From NCBI GenBank assembly GCA_030610995.1, contig JAUWQO010000005.1:1-59714 (forward strand): a stretch of 59,714 bases of DNA. Reading direction: 5' to 3'. Source of the stretch: Desulfobacterales bacterium (GTDB taxonomy: Bacteria; Desulfobacterota; Desulfobacteria; Desulfobacterales; ETH-SRB1). Under the pieces are notes generated by a model. The model searched no databases and was not told the DNA's origin. It saw nothing but the letters and a program-made list of their open reading frames with translations. This document shows positions 56,945 through 59,714 of the stretch, one piece after another. The position numbers and the translations under genes are program-made. Each line of letters starts with the position of its first letter. Positions within the stretch are counted from its first letter, which is position 1.

Positions 56945-58543
56945 CTACCTCTCCGTATCAGGCGTCATGGATGTCCATCCACCTCCGAGTGCCTTGTACA
57001 ACATTATCAGATTGGATGTGACTTGGCCCTCACTCTCCGCTAACCGGTCCTTGAGTGATAACAATGACCGCTGCGCATCGAGCACGCTTTGAAAATCGGT
57101 CAGCCCAGATAAATATTGATTACGCGCAAGATCCACAGCACGTTGCGAGGCTTGTGATGCTTCTATGAGGGACTGCCGTCGAACCTGCTCTTTCGCGTAG
57201 GCGACAAGCGCATTTTCAACGTCTTCAAGCGCGGTGAGAATCGCGCCCTCATACTCGATTAACGCCTTTTCCTGAAGCGCATTTTGCACCTCGATACTTC
57301 TTCGTATCCGCCCTGCATCAAAAATAGCCCATGTGACACGCGGGCCGGCTCCGTGGAACCTGGCACCGGTCGAGAACAAATTCCCGAATGACAAGGCTTC
57401 GAGACCGACTGACCCAAGTAGGGTGAATTTCGGATAAAGCTCGGCGGTAGCCACGCCAATTCGAGCCGTCTGAGCCGCGAGTTCCCGCTCGGCGCGCCGG
57501 ACATCGGGTCTGCGCCGCAAGACGTCCGCAGGCACTCCAACGACGATCTCGAATGGCGTTACCGGGATAGGTTGTCGGCTCGACAGTTCATCATGCACCG
57601 AGCCTGGATTCTCCCCCAGTAACACGGCAAGCCGGTTCTTGGCCTGCTCAAGCCCAATTTGTAACGTGGGGATCTGCGACCGGGTGCTTTCCAGATTGGT
57701 CTTAGCTTGTTCTACATCAAGCTGGCTGGTCAGGCCGGCTTCAAAACGTGACCGGACAAGTTTGTAGGTCTCGTCCTGTACATCGCGATTCGCCTCCGCT
57801 GTCGAAAGCCTGGCCTGAAACGAACGAACCTCGATGTAATTCAGGGCAACTTCGGCCACCAAGGTCACAAGCACGTCATGCAAATGCTCTTCGCTCGCCT
57901 CCAGATCTGCTTCGGCTGCCTCGATAGAACGCTGAATCCCGCCAAACAAATCCAGCTCCCAAGTTGCGTCAAAACCCGCGGCATAGAACTCTCTCTCGGA
58001 ACCGCTACCTGTTTCTTCGCTGCTACGGCTCAACCTGGCGGATCCTGTGGTGTCGACAGTTGGAAAGCGATCGGCTTCACTGATGCCGCGGCGGGCGCGG
58101 GCCTCACGAACGCGATTCCTGGCCTGGCGCAGATCCAGATTGCCCTCGATCGAACGTTCAACCAGCTTCGTTAACGTGGGGTCATTAAGCGTCGACCACC
58201 AATTGGCCAGCGCCTGCGCATCTACACGCCCGGCAGTCAGACCACCCTCCAACTGAGCGCTCCACAGTCCAGGCGCCAACACCTCGGAAGGAACGTAATC
58301 CGGTCCGACGGTGGCGCATCCTGCGAGCAGTAACATCATGAGCCCTAATGCCGGTGTTGTTCGGTTGATAGTATTAGAAATAATTCGTCCCCTGACTATG
58401 CTTGCAACTATAGATTTCCAGATAAATAATTTCACTGCGTTACCAGTCGAAATCCTCGACGACGTACAACTCAGTACGATCCGAATATCTCCCCCACTGA
58501 ATATTTTGAAGAGTTTTCTGCAATTTGATTTAAAATAAAGCAA
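56945..58543 (-). CDS. Outer membrane efflux lipoprotein (NodT/OprM family); true start probably near 58340-58380
   Basis: Lipobox LAGC followed by VGPDY; WELDLFG, RRPDVRRAE, LYKALGGGW. Confidence 0.92.
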   Translation of the reverse strand: MLYFKSNCRKLFKIFSGGDIRIVLSCTSSRISTGNAVKLFIWKSIVASIVRGRIISNTINRTTPALGLMMLLLAGCATVGPDYVPSEVLAPGLWSAQLEGGLTAGRVDAQALANWWSTLNDPTLTKLVERSIEGNLDLRQARNRVREARARRGISEADRFPTVDTTGSARLSRSSEETGSGSEREFYAAGFDATWELDLFGGIQRSIEAAEADLEASEEHLHDVLVTLVAEVALNYIEVRSFQARLSTAEANRDVQDETYKLVRSRFEAGLTSQLDVEQAKTNLESTRSQIPTLQIGLEQAKNRLAVLLGENPGSVHDELSSRQPIPVTPFEIVVGVPADVLRRRPDVRRAERELAAQTARIGVATAELYPKFTLLGSVGLEALSFGNLFSTGARFHGAGPRVTWAIFDAGRIRRSIEVQNALQEKALIEYEGAILTALEDVENALVAYAKEQVRRQSLIEASQASQRAVDLARNQYLSGLTDFQSVLDAQRSLLSLKDRLAESEGQVTSNLIMLYKALGGGWTSMTPDTER

Positions 58544-58602
58544 TCATTTTTATCCAATACATTTTAAATAGTTACCCTCGCTATGTACTTTATTTGGCAA
58601 AA

Positions 58603-58726
58603 AACTATCGGGTTGCGAGATGAGCTGCCGTCGGTTGGGGGCGGAAATTGCGTAGGCAATTTCCCGTGCCAACCGACCGAGCAGAGCGAAGCCCGAAGGG
58701 GGTCGGCTCGATTGAGCTTGATAGGC
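58603..58726. other. attC-like hairpin with GAT/ATC instead of GTT/AAC cores
   Basis: AACTATC-gggttgcgagatgagctgcc ... ggtcggctcgattgagctt-GATAGGC, with an inner tcggttgg...ccaaccga stem. Confidence 0.45.
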
Positions 58727-58767
58727 GGAGCGCGAGCGACGCCTGAAAGGGTGTGAGAGCCCACAGG

Positions 58768-58832
58768 GCTCAACAGCCGGCGATAAGCTGATCGCGAGCA
58801 TCGCGAGCGGTCAGCTTATCATTTAGTTTAGA
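58768..58832. other. attC-like hairpin (65 bp)
   Basis: GCTCAAC-agccggc-gataagctgatcgcg...gcggtcagcttatc-attta-GTTTAGA. Confidence 0.5.
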
Positions 58833-59119
58833 TGGAAAATTATCTATATAATATTTTTATATCATAGATTATTTTCCATGTAAATTAATATCTAATATCA
58901 CTACTGTCCAAGATAATTTTTGTAAAACATTATAACCAAATGATATAATTAAAGTTAATTGCCATTTAGACTGTTATCGACTTGAAATCTCATTTTCAGG
59001 AGGCATAATCCTTTCGATAGGGCATATAAGGGGACGCATTAAACTTATAAACTTATTTGCCAGTTAGCTAATATCTTTTAGTTTTTGCTGTCTTCTTGCC
59101 TCTAATTACTGATTTGCCG

Positions 59120-59178
59120 ACCTGCCTGTGCAATGCACCTGTCTATGTTCGGATACGCGCAGGCAAGCGCAGACAGGT
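59120..59178. repeat. Nested CCTG(C/T)C...G(G/A)CAGG palindromes
   Basis: acctgcctgtg [acctgtct...gcaggcaag] cgcagacaggt; same family at 42075, 42973 and 43197. Confidence 0.6.
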
Positions 59179-59448
59179 GGTCTGTACCGATCCCCTGGCA
59201 ATGATATAGTGCAAGGTTCCCAGAGCCTGCCCCCCACCCGCCCGCCATTGCCACGCATGCCGGCGTTTGGGGTGTATGCAGTGATAGGCGAATAACATAT
59301 TGAACTCATACGTAGTTTCAAGCATTGTCTTAATGTTTGTTTTTGGTGCCGTTGTCGAAGCTTAAGGTATAATATTTCGCTTTAAAAATTTATTTTGGCC
59401 CTCACCGTTTAAAGGATTTGATAAATAAAAAGGGTGCGAAACTTGAGT

Positions 59449-59714
59449 TTAGTACCCCCCTAAGCTTCCTACCGATGAAGGATATGGAACTATCTTCAAA
59501 TGGGCTGGATGTCGCGTGGATTCCATCCTGCTGCAGAGCTGTGGCTCGCCGAAGAAATTTATCATAATGGAGTCGAGCCGCTTCTGAAGTACGGAATAGG
59601 AATAGTGACGGGCGGCTATCTCGTAATTATGATTCACCATTTTCTCTTTTCGTTCAGAAGACTTGAGAATATCCCTTACGCGTTGAACGGTCTTCTTGGT
59701 GAGAAATCCGTCCA
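59449..59714 (-). CDS. C-terminal part of a probable glycosyltransferase (GT4-like); runs off the window
   Basis: The frame is open to the window edge: DGFLTKKTVQRVRDIL...MVNHNYEIAARHYSY. Confidence 0.55.
   Translation of the reverse strand, partial: DGFLTKKTVQRVRDILKSSERKEKMVNHNYEIAARHYSYSVLQKRLDSIMINFFGEPQLCSRMESTRHPAHLKIVPYPSSVGSLGGY

Noticed and set aside
305-58538. Many short ORFs antisense to or overlapping long genes (e.g. 54184-54912, 43624-44172, 26004-26498, 11180-11689)
   Set aside because: They are shadows of well-supported genes and carry no recognisable motifs.
58550-59325. ORFs 58550-58801, 58564-58773, 59106-59321 and 59143-59325
   Set aside because: They run through palindromic repeats and lack protein-like features.

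Overview
Bacterial chromosomal window. Gene content and intergenic repeat style suggest a Desulfobacterales-like deltaproteobacterium (inference). Housekeeping and lipid genes: CoA-substrate activase, Sfp-type PPTase, ADP-forming acyl-CoA synthetase, rsmI, yraN, PP2C phosphatase, cfa, HD-GYP, pfaD, a frameshifted pfaA and a MacAB-TolC-type exporter. These alternate with two accessory/defence regions. (1) About 0.2-6.9 kb: an integrase-less integron cassette array with three clear attC sites. Its last cassette is a ~4.8 kb HNH-NACHT gene whose attC appears to have been hit by a group IIC intron, of which only the 3' end survives. (2) About 18.7-35.9 kb: a defence island. It holds an uncharacterised three-gene operon (COMM-domain-like protein + helical protein + PIN-like nuclease), two more attC cassettes (DUF4145, DUF4365), a Gabija-like OLD nuclease/UvrD pair, and a PLD-SNF2 helicase + N6-adenine methyltransferase + DprA/SLOG-like operon. 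Intergenic DNA is full of nested palindromes built from 7-, 8- and 9-mer tandem repeats. The same heptamers build the PfaA inter-ACP linkers, and one (ATCATCA)4 tract puts pfaA out of frame. No tRNA, rRNA, CRISPR array or integrase was seen. All family calls come from motif recognition by eye, not database searches.
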